Below, piece after piece: positions 1-9,102 of a DNA stretch of 34,936 nucleotides (its first letter is position 1; the number at the start of each line of letters is the position of its first letter). This DNA comes from a virus. Taxonomy: Duplodnaviria; Caudoviricetes. Below the pieces are notes generated by a model. That model did no database searches. It saw nothing but the letters and a program-made list of their open reading frames with translations, and was not told the origin of the DNA. The position numbers and the translations under genes are program-made. The stretch spans positions 1-34,936 of the IMG/VR virus record IMGVR_UViG_3300025396_000040; one strand, 5' to 3'.

Positions 1-99
1 TCCTCGACCTTTTCCGTCTTTCCCCGCTGGCTGTGCGGGTGATGCATGTGCTTCGGATACTCGTTGTGTTCCATCAATAGTCCTCGCCCGGTCTCTGAA
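1..99 (+). repeat. Terminal direct repeat, copy 1 (circular assembly overlap)
   Basis: Bases 1-99 are identical to 34838-34936. Confidence 0.97.
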
Positions 100-768
100 A
101 GTGGAAACACCGTCGGTCAGTGTGCCGGTCCACGTCTTGGACCCACGGTGCTTAAAGGCAATGTCAGGATCAACCCACATCTCATAGCCACCAGCGGTCA
201 GGGCATTGGAGAACGCATAGTCCTCACCCCACCACCATTCGTCCGCGCCAGGGCCTGAGTTGAACACGGCGTGATACTTCACCCGGTCCCCATTGATCTC
301 CACGTCACGGAACACCGGAGCCTTGTAATACAGATCCTCCAGCACATGGCGCTTGATACGCAGGAAGCCTGTAGGGACGTGCGTTGCCATAATGAGCCCG
401 TCACGCTCAACCAACTTGCGGGTGTCTGCATGAGCCGCCAAGGACACCGGCCAGTCGGGCTTGTCCTGCTTCTTGGGGTAGACGCCGCAGATTACATCTT
501 CCGGGCGGTTCAGAAACTCAATGACCTTGTGTGCCGGCCAGCCGAGGTCGTCATCAAGAAAGAAGAGATCCGTAGCCTCTGGCGTGTCCAGAAACTCCGC
601 CACCATCTTGCTGCGGGCCTTTGCGATGAATGGGTCACCGCATCGCTGAGCCCAGCCCCTGGTGAACCCGGCCTTCTCGCAGGCTGCGTCTGTAGCCAGG
701 GCTGAACGCAAAAAATCCACCGTGACTTTGTGATCTAACGAGGGAGTCGCGAAAATCACGTAGGTCAC
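1..768 (-). CDS. GT-A fold glycosyltransferase-like protein, 270 aa; continues across the junction into 34837..34793
   Basis: Hand translation from GTG at 768: MTYVIFATPSLDH..IAKARSKMVAEFL..TDLFFLDDDLGW (DxD)..ICGVYPKK..PTGFLRIKRHVLE..GEDYAF..WVDPDIAFKHRG; open to position 1, stop TAA at 34793-34795. Absent from the ORF track because it runs off the edge. Confidence 0.85.
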   Translation of the reverse strand, partial: MTYVIFATPSLDHKVTVDFLRSALATDAACEKAGFTRGWAQRCGDPFIAKARSKMVAEFLDTPEATDLFFLDDDLGWPAHKVIEFLNRPEDVICGVYPKKQDKPDWPVSLAAHADTRKLVERDGLIMATHVPTGFLRIKRHVLEDLYYKAPVFRDVEINGDRVKYHAVFNSGPGADEWWWGEDYAFSNALTAGGYEMWVDPDIAFKHRGSKTWTGTLTDGVSTFRDRARTIDGTQRVSEAHASPAQPAGKDGKGRG

Positions 769-809
769 GGTGGATATCCAGTCGGGGAGGAACACACCCC
801 GAGACAGTA

Positions 810-1874
810 TTACGGCGCAGCCACCAAGCCAAGCGAAACCAGAGCCGCGTGGTCAGCGGTGGGTCCACCGTTCATGCTGGTGTAGGCGGTGGAGGAACCA
901 GCCGCAGGCACCGCACCGGGGAACACGCCGATGGTGTAGGTTTCCGACGGAGGCACAATCGCCGCCGAAGTGTTGTTGACGTAGGTGATCGCCACCGTGT
1001 TGGCAGCCGACACGCGATAACCACCAATGCCGAGACCCGTGGTGAAGGTCGGCTTGTTGACGTAGATTTGCATGTTGGCGTTGATGCCAGGCACGGTGAA
1101 GGTCTGTTCCGCCGTGGTGTTCGCAGCCACCGAGGTCGGGGTCAGCGTGGCGGTCACGGTCTTCAGCACCGGAGCAACCTGGATCTCCGGCGAAGCATAC
1201 ACGAGGTAGCTTTCGGCGGCGGTCGGGGTGATCGTGGCAGCCGTCAGGTTCTGGAACGTGATGCCCAGCGTGTTGGCAGCCACGGCGCGAGCGCCAAGGA
1301 TAGCCAGACCAGCCTGAGAAGCCGCCTTGTTGACGATGACCGGCGAACCAGCCGCCAGACCCGAGACCGTGAACTGCTGTTCAATGGCCGTGTTCGGTCC
1401 CACCGCGGTCGGGGTGAGCGTAGCCGTCAGCAGCATGGTGGCCGGGATGGCGGTGACAAGGTAGGTTTCACCAGCAGTCGGGGTGATGGCAGCCGCCGTG
1501 TCGTTGGCGAAGTTCACCGCCAGGGTGTTGGTGGCCGACACGCGAGCCGACGGGGACAGAGCCAGACCCGCCTGCGTGGTCGGCTTGGTCACCACGACCA
1601 GCTGGCCGGTGGCAAGACCCGTGACCGTCAGGGTCTGTTCAGCAGCCGTGTTGGCGGCAACAGACACCGGGGTCAGCGTCACAGCGTAGGTGGTCACCAC
1701 ACCCACATAGCCCTTCAGGGAGCCCTGCGAGGCCGGCTGCACGATGCCGGGGTTGGCACCGTAGAAACCGATCAGGTCGGTGGACGAGGCACCAAGGACA
1801 GTGCCCTGGCTGTTCTGGTCCGAAAGTTGCTTCGGACCCTTCGTGGCAGTGGAGGCGGCGGAGACGACGGGCAT
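810..1874 (-). CDS. Putative capsid decoration/minor head protein with three tandem ~85-aa beta-rich domains
   Basis: Lies just downstream of the coat gene; Thr/Ala-rich; triple repeat TLTPxxVxxNTxxEQxxTVxG..V.K....GL.....V.A.NT.....N.T.A.I.P. Confidence 0.7.
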   Translation of the reverse strand: MPVVSAASTATKGPKQLSDQNSQGTVLGASSTDLIGFYGANPGIVQPASQGSLKGYVGVVTTYAVTLTPVSVAANTAAEQTLTVTGLATGQLVVVTKPTTQAGLALSPSARVSATNTLAVNFANDTAAAITPTAGETYLVTAIPATMLLTATLTPTAVGPNTAIEQQFTVSGLAAGSPVIVNKAASQAGLAILGARAVAANTLGITFQNLTAATITPTAAESYLVYASPEIQVAPVLKTVTATLTPTSVAANTTAEQTFTVPGINANMQIYVNKPTFTTGLGIGGYRVSAANTVAITYVNNTSAAIVPPSETYTIGVFPGAVPAAGSSTAYTSMNGGPTADHAALVSLGLVAAP

Positions 1875-1886
1875 GGTTCTGGTTCC

Positions 1887-2114
1887 TTACGAGGGCTTTA
1901 CGAGCAGCATCTGCGGGTTGGACCAGCGTGTTTCCATGCCGGTCTTGATGGATTGAGCAATGGCGTCCTTGAACGGACCAAGCACTTCCTTGGTTGCCAT
2001 CGGGCCGACTGGGAGGACACGGCCATCCTCAGTCCGCTCGACGACAACCTGGTAGAGATCCACCTTGAAGGGTGACTTCCACCCTTTAGGCATCTTTTTC
2101 CGTTCAAACATCAA
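1887..2114 (-). CDS. Hypothetical protein in head module
   Basis: 75-aa ORF filling the gap in operon orientation. Confidence 0.65.
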   Translation of the reverse strand: MMFERKKMPKGWKSPFKVDLYQVVVERTEDGRVLPVGPMATKEVLGPFKDAIAQSIKTGMETRWSNPQMLLVKPS

Positions 2115-2576
2115 TTAAACTCCACGCTTGATGTATGCCAGAACGGGGTCGGAACCGACGCGCTCAACCAGTTTTTCAAATTGGCCCACTGCGATGTTAC
2201 AGCTGTGACAGAGAAGTCCGCGAGCAACGCCCGTTTTGTGGTCGTGATCGACGTTCCATTTTGTCCAGCGGGCAGATCGTCCTTTGTCTGTTGATTTGCA
2301 AAGGGCGCAACAGTCCCCTTGTTTAACCAACATGCGTTCGTAATCGGATTGCGTGATGCCGTATTTACGTAAGAGACGTGACCGCCGAACCGCATCGCTG
2401 CGTTCTTTTCGGAACTCCGGCGATGAGGCTCTGCGATCTCGCCAATACGCATTCCGGCATTCTTTGCAACAAGGCATAAACCCACCACGGTAGCGAGAAC
2501 TCGCGACCATCTGGCTGGTGGGTTTTTCCTCAGAGCAAACATTGCAGACCCTTGTTTCAAGAACGAGCTTGGACAT
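2115..2576 (-). CDS. Endonuclease VII-like (HNH superfamily) free-standing endonuclease
   Basis: N-terminal CxxC..CKEC zinc finger; KYGIT..Y..ML..Q..CCALC..VDHDHKTG..RGLLCHSCN..VG; more AT-rich than flanks. Confidence 0.85.
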   Translation of the reverse strand: MSKLVLETRVCNVCSEEKPTSQMVASSRYRGGFMPCCKECRNAYWRDRRASSPEFRKERSDAVRRSRLLRKYGITQSDYERMLVKQGDCCALCKSTDKGRSARWTKWNVDHDHKTGVARGLLCHSCNIAVGQFEKLVERVGSDPVLAYIKRGV

Positions 2577-2594
2577 TCAATCTCCATCCGGTCA

Positions 2595-3788
2595 TCAGCC
2601 GGTGAGACGAACCCCCAGCTCCGGATAGAACGTAGTGGTTCCGTATAGGATGTCAATACGCGCAGGAAACACATCATTATTGATGTCGTAAGCCCGGATG
2701 ATCCGCATCGAGATGCCCTTGTAGGTTTCGCGAGCCTTGAAGTCGACGCCTTCCGGCAGCTCCAGCGGCACGGTGACGAGACCGAAGCAGTCCTTCACGA
2801 AGCCGACGTTCTGCGGATAGGTCACGTTGGCCGAACCGGAGATGACCGTCACACCGGCGAGGTTCGCAGGCGAGACAGACACGGTCTGGTAGGCGCCCGT
2901 GGTGCTGATGGCCGGGTAGATCGGCAGCGTGGCGTTGCCGCTCGCATCCGACGAGACCGGGCCGGTGACCAGGAAGTTTTGCAGAGCACCAGTGGACTTG
3001 CGGCTCTTCGGGTTGATCGCATACACGCCCGCAATGGTGATGACTTCACCGCCGAGGAAAAGGTTGGTACGCGAAGCCGTCCAGCCGTTGGTGACGAGGT
3101 TCGAACCCGACTGGCTGGCACCGTTGACCACGCCCGTACCGGCGTAGTTACCGTTGGTGAGGTTGGCGACGTTCTGGTCTTCGTAGATCTCGAAATTGGC
3201 GATGTTCGCCAAGTACCCCTTCAGGGCCGGTTCAGCGACCGATTTCACGTACACGCCGATCAGCGCATTCGCCAGCGCCCAGTAGGCGGCGGGGTTCAGC
3301 ACGAGCACGCGACCGTCTTGCGGCACAGCGCCTTCGTCCATCCGCTGACCGACAGCGGCCAGAGCGGCAAAGCTGTTCGGAGCCGTACCAGCACCCTGCG
3401 GGCCGACCCAGTTCTGAAGGGAGGTGGTGTTCTGGAGAACGTCGTAGTCCAGCTGGTTGGCAAGTTCGGCAGCCGCCGGCTTGATGTACCGCTCGGAGAA
3501 CTCTTCCACCGTGAGCGTCAGATCCTGAGACGAGAACTGGAAGTCCACGTGCTTCTGGTTGGAGATGGTGATGCTGGTGGACGGTTCGCTGATGTCTTGG
3601 ATGGACAGGCCCGGACCCGAGGACACAAGGAAGCGGTTGGGCTTGCGGATCGTGACCGAGGAACCGATCTTGACGAACTGGTTCTCGAACTGGCGGTTCA
3701 CCTTGCCGGCGGCCACCAGGTTGTTTTCGAGGATAACCAGCGTCTCCTTGGTGATGACGCTAGGATTAAGAAGAGCGTTGTTAGACAT
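2595..3788 (-). CDS. Major capsid protein, P22 coat (gp5) family
   Basis: 397 aa; MSNNALLNPSVITKETL..LENNLV..KIGSSVTIRKPNRF..RIDILYG; follows the scaffold gene. Confidence 0.9.
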   Translation of the reverse strand: MSNNALLNPSVITKETLVILENNLVAAGKVNRQFENQFVKIGSSVTIRKPNRFLVSSGPGLSIQDISEPSTSITISNQKHVDFQFSSQDLTLTVEEFSERYIKPAAAELANQLDYDVLQNTTSLQNWVGPQGAGTAPNSFAALAAVGQRMDEGAVPQDGRVLVLNPAAYWALANALIGVYVKSVAEPALKGYLANIANFEIYEDQNVANLTNGNYAGTGVVNGASQSGSNLVTNGWTASRTNLFLGGEVITIAGVYAINPKSRKSTGALQNFLVTGPVSSDASGNATLPIYPAISTTGAYQTVSVSPANLAGVTVISGSANVTYPQNVGFVKDCFGLVTVPLELPEGVDFKARETYKGISMRIIRAYDINNDVFPARIDILYGTTTFYPELGVRLTG

Positions 3789-3826
3789 CCGAGGCTTCCT
3801 TATGACGCCCCGGATGTCCGAGGCTT
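3784..3826 (-). promoter_or_regulatory. Hairpin over the coat start codon, with an alternative pairing
   Basis: Minus-strand RNA GACAUCCGGGGC/GCCUCGGAUGUC forms a 12-bp stem containing the AUG, with SD AAGGA in the loop; 10-bp direct repeat at 3788-3797 and 3817-3826. Confidence 0.55.
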
Positions 3827-4712
3827 AACGGCGACGAGAGGCAGCGATTTCGGAGGCACGCCTTGCAGCGTATTCCTCCATGGTTTCCTGGTCGGGAGAT
3901 TTGGGACCGGCGTTGGAACGCGAACCAACAGGCTTGATTGGATCAGGCTTGCGGCTCGGCGTCGGTGCTTCAGACTGAGCACTCAACCGGGCTTCGATCT
4001 TCCCAATTTCACGAACAGCCTGGATCGGGTCCAGTTTGGCGATCCTTGCCGCAGTCTCGGGGTTCTGCCCGAGATAGTACGCGACAGCGGGACCGTCTTC
4101 GGACTCAAGCATGGCCTGCGCCATCGGCAGACTAATCTGGAGATCGTCGCGTTCGGCAACCGCCTCGAAGTCGGGGTGGTCAGCCATGAACGTTGCGCGG
4201 CGATCAGACCATTGAGCCTGTGTGCGCTCCATCTGAGCCTTCTGGCTTTCCTGAGAAACCCGTTGCCGCTCCTCTGCCCTCGCAAGCTGTTCAGCTCGGC
4301 GTGAGGACCAGTTGATCAGAGCCTCGTCATACGAATCAGGATCGTCGAACTGATGCCGCGCAGGGCGGGGATCGTCCGTCTCGACCTTCTTCGCCTCGGC
4401 CTTGGTGCTGATAGCTTCCAAAGCACGAGAGAGGTCCTGCTGGAGTTGCGTGGCCTTCTCTTCAGCCGCCCGCCTCTTGTTGCGCTCAATAGTAATCTCA
4501 CGCTTCAACCAAGCCGGTGTGCCATCGGATTTGTCGTCCTTTGGACTTTCGCCTGCGGATTTCTCAGCAGTATCTGCCTTATCCTCTTTTTCCGGCTTGT
4601 CGTCAACTTGACCAGTCGGGTTAGCCTTGAACTGGGGGAAGTCCGAGGTCGCTGACGTCGGAGGCCCCGCCTTGGGGGTTGCTTCCATCGTCGTTGCGAG
4701 TTGATCCGGCAT
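3825..4712 (-). CDS. Scaffolding protein
   Basis: Between portal and coat; acidic coiled coil; SEDGPAVAYYLGQNPE..QAVREIGKIEARL motif; 92-nt overlap with the portal 3' end. Confidence 0.8.
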   Translation of the reverse strand: MPDQLATTMEATPKAGPPTSATSDFPQFKANPTGQVDDKPEKEDKADTAEKSAGESPKDDKSDGTPAWLKREITIERNKRRAAEEKATQLQQDLSRALEAISTKAEAKKVETDDPRPARHQFDDPDSYDEALINWSSRRAEQLARAEERQRVSQESQKAQMERTQAQWSDRRATFMADHPDFEAVAERDDLQISLPMAQAMLESEDGPAVAYYLGQNPETAARIAKLDPIQAVREIGKIEARLSAQSEAPTPSRKPDPIKPVGSRSNAGPKSPDQETMEEYAARRASEIAASRRR

Positions 4713-6936
4713 TCATCATTCCTTCTGTTTGCCCGCCTGATTGCGGTTTCGGCAACGCAGACATGAGCTGCGCCACACCTTGTGCCAGGTCCTCGATCTT
4801 GGATCCGACCTGTTTGTTCATGCTGTCTTCGGCCTTCTGGATGATGGCCATCAACTTAACCTCAAAGTCCGCATTGATCTTGGCCATCATGATGTCGCGG
4901 TCCTTCTGCTTGTCGTTAAGCTGGAACGCGGCTTGCTGGAGCTGGGCTTGTGCCGCCTTAAGCTCCTGTTGCATGTTGTTGATGATGGCTTGCACCTGCG
5001 GGGGAATGTCCTTCATGTCCTGGCCCATCAGGTTCGCAGGGACAGCCTTGGCCAGACGGGTTGCCATCTCTTCAGCACCCGGCCAGTCTTGGTTCTTGGC
5101 AATGAGATCCGCGACGAGCTGGGCGGTCTGCGGCATGGCACGGACGAAGTCCATCATGCTCTCGCTCGCCTCAATGCGCTTGGAGGCGTAGGACGGGCCG
5201 ATGTCCACCGTCACACCGAACTTGCCGATGGTCGGGTTGAACACCTTCATCTTCTTGCCGTTCGGGCCGGGTTGTTCCTGGTAAGGAAGATTGGCGGAGG
5301 GGTCGATGACCACCTTCTCTTCCTTGTCGTCCTCGCGCAGGATGGTGATCTGGCGCTTGGTGTCGTAGATCTTCGGGATCAGGTCGATGAGCTGCCGGCC
5401 ACAGTGCTTTAGCGAACGTGCCAGGTTGTCCATGTAGTGGAACGAGCCAAGGTCGCCAGAACGGCGAAGCTCTCTAATGGCGCGGCCAGACTCATCCATC
5501 ATCCTTTCATTCGGAGAGGCGTCAAACCTGATTCCGGTCGTTGCCATCATGTCCTGAGCCGCCCCTTGTGCAGCTTGGACAACACCCGCAGGAACGCCCG
5601 CAAATTGCTGACGTTGCGGCGGTGGGGCGAGGGTTCCACCCAGCGACACACCGCGGTACGGAAGGTAGGGGTAGTTCCTCACATTGGCCGAGCGCCACTG
5701 TTCCTCGTAGCCTTCGATCTGGCCTTCCTCGACAATCCACGGAGCCTTCGGAGCCAGAGCAATCAGCTCGGTCTCGCTTGTCTTCCAGTAATTGTACATC
5801 CGCTGGGGGTCTTTGGCGTTTCGAATGACGCCGCTGTAGAATACCTTGCCCTCGATATCGATCTCTTCGCCGATGACGGGGATGATGGGTATCCACAGGC
5901 CGAGCCATTCAGACTCCTCTAGCACTTCGGTGGCGGTAATCTTGTACCATTTGATCTTGCGCTTCTCGGACTTGCGTTCGTCCACGATCTCCAGCGCACC
6001 GGACTTGATCATGTCCTTGGTCCGTTGGGCGAGATCATCCTTCCAGCCTACGTAGCCGTTGGAGAGCTTGACTAGGTCCTCCATGTCGATCTTGGTTTCA
6101 AAATACTCCGCAATCCGAATGCCGTCCTTTGAGGACCATTCCTTGTACTTGTCGCCGATCCCGCCTTGGTCGTAGGCTTCAGTGTCCGCATCGGGATACT
6201 GAGCCTTGAACTCATCCATTGGGATCATCTCAGTCACGAACGCATACTTGCAGTCCGCGCCATCAGGCTCCTGGTGGTCGGGGTCAAGGTACACGGTGAA
6301 CGGGTTGCGGATCCGCTCAATCTTGATCACCTGGTCAAAACTGTCCGGTGCTTCCCAGTCGGTGCGTATGCGGAAATAGCCAAACCCATTGGACACAGCC
6401 GACTCGAATGCGGTGTCATAGGCAATGTCTGCCGTGCTCTCGCGTTCAATGGCGCGGATCAGGCCACGATAGACCTTCGCTGCGTCGGGGTCGGAGCGAT
6501 CACCCACCGGGGACACGTTGATGGCTGGGCGGTTCTGGCGCTGGTCGTTGGTGATCTGATGCACGAACGTCTGCATCTTGTTGATGGTCAGACACGGGCG
6601 CTTGTCGGTGTTACGCTGTGCAGCCACGTCAGCCGGCCACTGTTCGCCCCGTTTGAACTTCAGATCTTCAAGCGCAGCCTTGCGGTTGTCGGACTCGGAG
6701 TCGATGCAACGGGTCATGCGCTTGCGGGCGCGTTCCAGCACCTCGTCGTGCGTCTCTTCCTCCTTGCGCTTCTCAGTCCCCAGAGGCTTCCAGTCGTCGC
6801 CCCATTCGTCGTCGTCGTATGCCTTCTTGTCGCCCTTGCCCATCATGGGGCCGCGCTTGTTCATACCCGCTTGGACGGACGGCATCTTGATCTTGCCGTC
6901 GTTGGGAGCTTTGCGGGGATTGTTCAATTCGGCCAC
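4621..6936 (-). CDS. Portal protein, P22-like
   Basis: 771 aa; GEQWP..RPCLTINK..NDQRQNRP..KDPQRMYNYW..DIGPSYASKR; C-terminal helical barrel. Confidence 0.93.
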   Translation of the reverse strand: MAELNNPRKAPNDGKIKMPSVQAGMNKRGPMMGKGDKKAYDDDEWGDDWKPLGTEKRKEEETHDEVLERARKRMTRCIDSESDNRKAALEDLKFKRGEQWPADVAAQRNTDKRPCLTINKMQTFVHQITNDQRQNRPAINVSPVGDRSDPDAAKVYRGLIRAIERESTADIAYDTAFESAVSNGFGYFRIRTDWEAPDSFDQVIKIERIRNPFTVYLDPDHQEPDGADCKYAFVTEMIPMDEFKAQYPDADTEAYDQGGIGDKYKEWSSKDGIRIAEYFETKIDMEDLVKLSNGYVGWKDDLAQRTKDMIKSGALEIVDERKSEKRKIKWYKITATEVLEESEWLGLWIPIIPVIGEEIDIEGKVFYSGVIRNAKDPQRMYNYWKTSETELIALAPKAPWIVEEGQIEGYEEQWRSANVRNYPYLPYRGVSLGGTLAPPPQRQQFAGVPAGVVQAAQGAAQDMMATTGIRFDASPNERMMDESGRAIRELRRSGDLGSFHYMDNLARSLKHCGRQLIDLIPKIYDTKRQITILREDDKEEKVVIDPSANLPYQEQPGPNGKKMKVFNPTIGKFGVTVDIGPSYASKRIEASESMMDFVRAMPQTAQLVADLIAKNQDWPGAEEMATRLAKAVPANLMGQDMKDIPPQVQAIINNMQQELKAAQAQLQQAAFQLNDKQKDRDIMMAKINADFEVKLMAIIQKAEDSMNKQVGSKIEDLAQGVAQLMSALPKPQSGGQTEGMMNAGSTRNDDGSNPQGGASDVSDLGLPPVQG

Positions 6937-7139
6937 GGGACTACCTCACCAGGGTCGAGGCCCAAGCGCATCGCCTCTTCAATCAATTCTAGCGCTTCCG
7001 CCCGCTTTTGGCGATAGGCCCTGCCCTCAGGGAATGGGATCACCATGAAGTACTCTTGGCCGGCGTGATCGAACATGGACAGCCTGACCGCATGACAGCC
7101 AAGCACAACGGACCAGAAGCGAAATTCCTTATGCACCAA
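6924..7139 (-). CDS. Hypothetical protein
   Basis: 71-aa ORF overlapping the terL end and portal start. Confidence 0.6.
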   Translation of the reverse strand: MVHKEFRFWSVVLGCHAVRLSMFDHAGQEYFMVIPFPEGRAYRQKRAEALELIEEAMRLGLDPGEVVPWPN

Positions 7140-8469
7140 GCCACCCTTGCGAGCCGGTCAAGGTTGTAACCCGCAAGGCCGGCGGGGTCTTTGGCCTGGC
7201 AATCTTGTGAGCCACGCCCAGCGTCCTCAACGCATCAGCGCCGTGAGAAGACCAATCATGGACAGGGCTAGATTTATACTCGCCAAGTCGAGAATTATAA
7301 TCCCGGCGATAATGGCTAAGCGCATCCAGTCCAGCCTTGCACCGCGTCTCGTCAAACCAGAGCTTGGGGAAGAGCATTCGGGTTGCGTGGATCCCGTCCT
7401 CAAGCCCCAGCGACGGCGCGGTTTCAAACTTGATGCCGAGGTCTCGAGCCGCTTCGATCCGAGAACGGCCAGTGCCAAGCTCTCGCACAGCAATGTCCGC
7501 CGGCGCCGTGTGTCGTCCATACAGATACCCTCTCTTGTCCAGGACTGCTGCATAGTGCGGGAAGCCCTCGCCCGTGCATTCGTAGTAATCCACCACCCGG
7601 ATCTCGCGGCCTACATCCTGCGTGAACCAAATGCACATGGCATCGCGCATGCCGAGGTCCCACCAGGTATCTACCCGCACCGTCGGCTCGACAGGGACGC
7701 GTGTGATCCGGCCTTCATTGCGAGCCGCCTGGAGCTGGTCGGTGTAGATCGCACCACCAACAATAGGCTCATCCCACCTACCATCCAGCAGGGCGCGGCG
7801 GGTCTGGTCGGGAAGCATCATCAGGCGTTCGCGATAGCCTGAGTTCGTCAAGTGGGGATTGTCATGCAGGCGTGAGGGGATAAACCGTCGGCTCCATGTT
7901 CTGTCCCCGTATGTCGTGCGGGTGTAGGTCGCATCACCCTCCGGCCCGATGCCGAACCTATCGGAGATCCACTTCGCTCCTGGCCCATCGGGGTTGCACG
8001 TAGCTCTGACGTACACCGGCACGTCAAGCCGATCAGGAGCACGTAGGCGGGAGATCATGTACTCGTAGGCATGAGGCGAGGACCATTGCGCCAGCTCTTC
8101 CCAGCCAATCCACTGGAACTGCCGGGACTGGTAGCGCTGCACGTCGCTGTCTCGGTCAAGGTAGCCAAACTCAATGCGAGCGCCCGACGGGAAGCGCCAT
8201 TCGCTGCCCTGCGAGTTGAACTGCGCAGTCGGGCAGATCACCGGATAGATCGCCCTGGTGCGGTCCACGACTTCCTTTAGCTCTGGGTAGGTCCGGCGAA
8301 GGATCAGGGCGCGATACTCAGGCTTGGTGTAGGCATCCCAGCCAAGCGCATCCATGATGAGCGCATCGGTCTTGCCGCCCCCAGCTGCGCCGCCATACAG
8401 GACCTCATCCTCTGGCGCTGCGAGGAACTCATGCTGCCGTGGTGTCGGTGTCCAGACGGTCGGGATCAT
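7129..8469 (-). CDS. terL: Terminase large subunit
   Basis: Walker A GGAAGGGKT, LRRTYPEL, Walker B WIGWEE, ATCNPDG coupling motif, nuclease WDLGMRD and HDWSSHGADA. Confidence 0.95.
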   Translation of the reverse strand: MIPTVWTPTPRQHEFLAAPEDEVLYGGAAGGGKTDALIMDALGWDAYTKPEYRALILRRTYPELKEVVDRTRAIYPVICPTAQFNSQGSEWRFPSGARIEFGYLDRDSDVQRYQSRQFQWIGWEELAQWSSPHAYEYMISRLRAPDRLDVPVYVRATCNPDGPGAKWISDRFGIGPEGDATYTRTTYGDRTWSRRFIPSRLHDNPHLTNSGYRERLMMLPDQTRRALLDGRWDEPIVGGAIYTDQLQAARNEGRITRVPVEPTVRVDTWWDLGMRDAMCIWFTQDVGREIRVVDYYECTGEGFPHYAAVLDKRGYLYGRHTAPADIAVRELGTGRSRIEAARDLGIKFETAPSLGLEDGIHATRMLFPKLWFDETRCKAGLDALSHYRRDYNSRLGEYKSSPVHDWSSHGADALRTLGVAHKIARPKTPPALRVTTLTGSQGWLGA

Positions 8470-8702
8470 GGCCGGCGCGGGATTCCATCAGGTGGCAGCA
8501 TACCCATTAGCATCATTTCAACGGCAACGGAAACCGGGCCGCTGATGCGGGTGGTGCCTCGCTCATAGTCGCGGATACTCTCGCCAGGATCTCGCCCACC
8601 CAGACGCAAGGCGCGACCCATCTCCGCCATGGAGACAGGCCGGCCAAGGTTCCAAAGGTCGCCTAAACGGCCCCTGGCGGAGTTAAGTTCGTCACCGTTC
8701 AT
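8466..8702 (-). CDS. XRE-like helix-turn-helix protein
   Basis: ELNSAR..SMAEMGRALRL..SIRDYERGTTRISGPVSVAVE; stop overlaps the terL start (ATGA). Confidence 0.75.
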   Translation of the reverse strand: MNGDELNSARGRLGDLWNLGRPVSMAEMGRALRLGGRDPGESIRDYERGTTRISGPVSVAVEMMLMGMLPPDGIPRRP

Positions 8703-8874
8703 TAGCTTTGGCCCGAAACATTTCTAAAATAAAATCAGCGTCGGTCCGCTGTTTTTCTAAAGACCGCACAAGCTCTGTGCCCAAAAATTTTACCGCTTCA
8801 ATCAATTCTTCTCGCGTCATTTCGTCAAGCCGCTGGTTTTGATAGAAATAAATCATTGGAATTGTAGGCATCAT
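8692..8874 (-). CDS. Hypothetical protein (cassette gene 2), ~60 aa
   Basis: ATG at 8874 overlaps the stop of the upstream small ORF (ATGA); AT-rich. Confidence 0.55.
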   Translation of the reverse strand: MMPTIPMIYFYQNQRLDEMTREELIEAVKFLGTELVRSLEKQRTDADFILEMFRAKANER

Positions 8875-9029
8875 TGTCCATTTTCCATTTGACAAGACAA
8901 CGCCGCTTTGGCGTCTTCAAGATTGCAGCGAATCCACCGGGCGTTAATAGCGTGCCAATATTGGGCAAATTCACGACCGCGCTTGTCGGTTTTGATTTGA
9001 ATCAGGCTGATATTAAGAATGTTAATCAT
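8871..9029 (-). CDS. Small hypothetical protein, 52 aa (not in ORF track)
   Basis: MINILNISLIQIKTDKRGREFAQYWHAINARWIRCNLEDAKAALSCQMENGQ; AGGA SD; first ORF after the 9074-9102 promoter. Confidence 0.6.
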   Translation of the reverse strand: MINILNISLIQIKTDKRGREFAQYWHAINARWIRCNLEDAKAALSCQMENGQ

Positions 9030-9073
9030 TTGCTCTGTCCTATCTGGTGGGGCGCTGCCCCGTTGATGTGACC

Positions 9074-9102
9074 TTTATACGGGTCGTATCCGTATCAGTC
9101 AA
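9074..9102 (-). promoter_or_regulatory. Sigma70-type promoter with overlapping palindromic operator
   Basis: TTGACT-N17-TATAAA; ATACGG-N7-CCGTAT at 9077-9095 covers the spacer and part of the -10. Confidence 0.75.

Noticed and set aside
1-99. 99-bp terminal repeat as a biological DTR or att site
   Set aside because: It falls mid-gene and its length matches a common assembler k-mer; best read as a circular assembly overlap
770-809. Hairpin between the decoration and GT genes as a terminator
   Set aside because: Only a 6-bp stem with no U-tract; too weak to call
271-868. ORF-track calls 271-705 (+) and 635-868 (-)
   Set aside because: Superseded by the motif-bearing glycosyltransferase frame on the minus strand
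849-7017. Long plus-strand ORFs (849-2075, 2979-4304, 4741-5412, 6166-7017)
   Set aside because: Antisense shadows of well-supported GC-rich genes; no motifs
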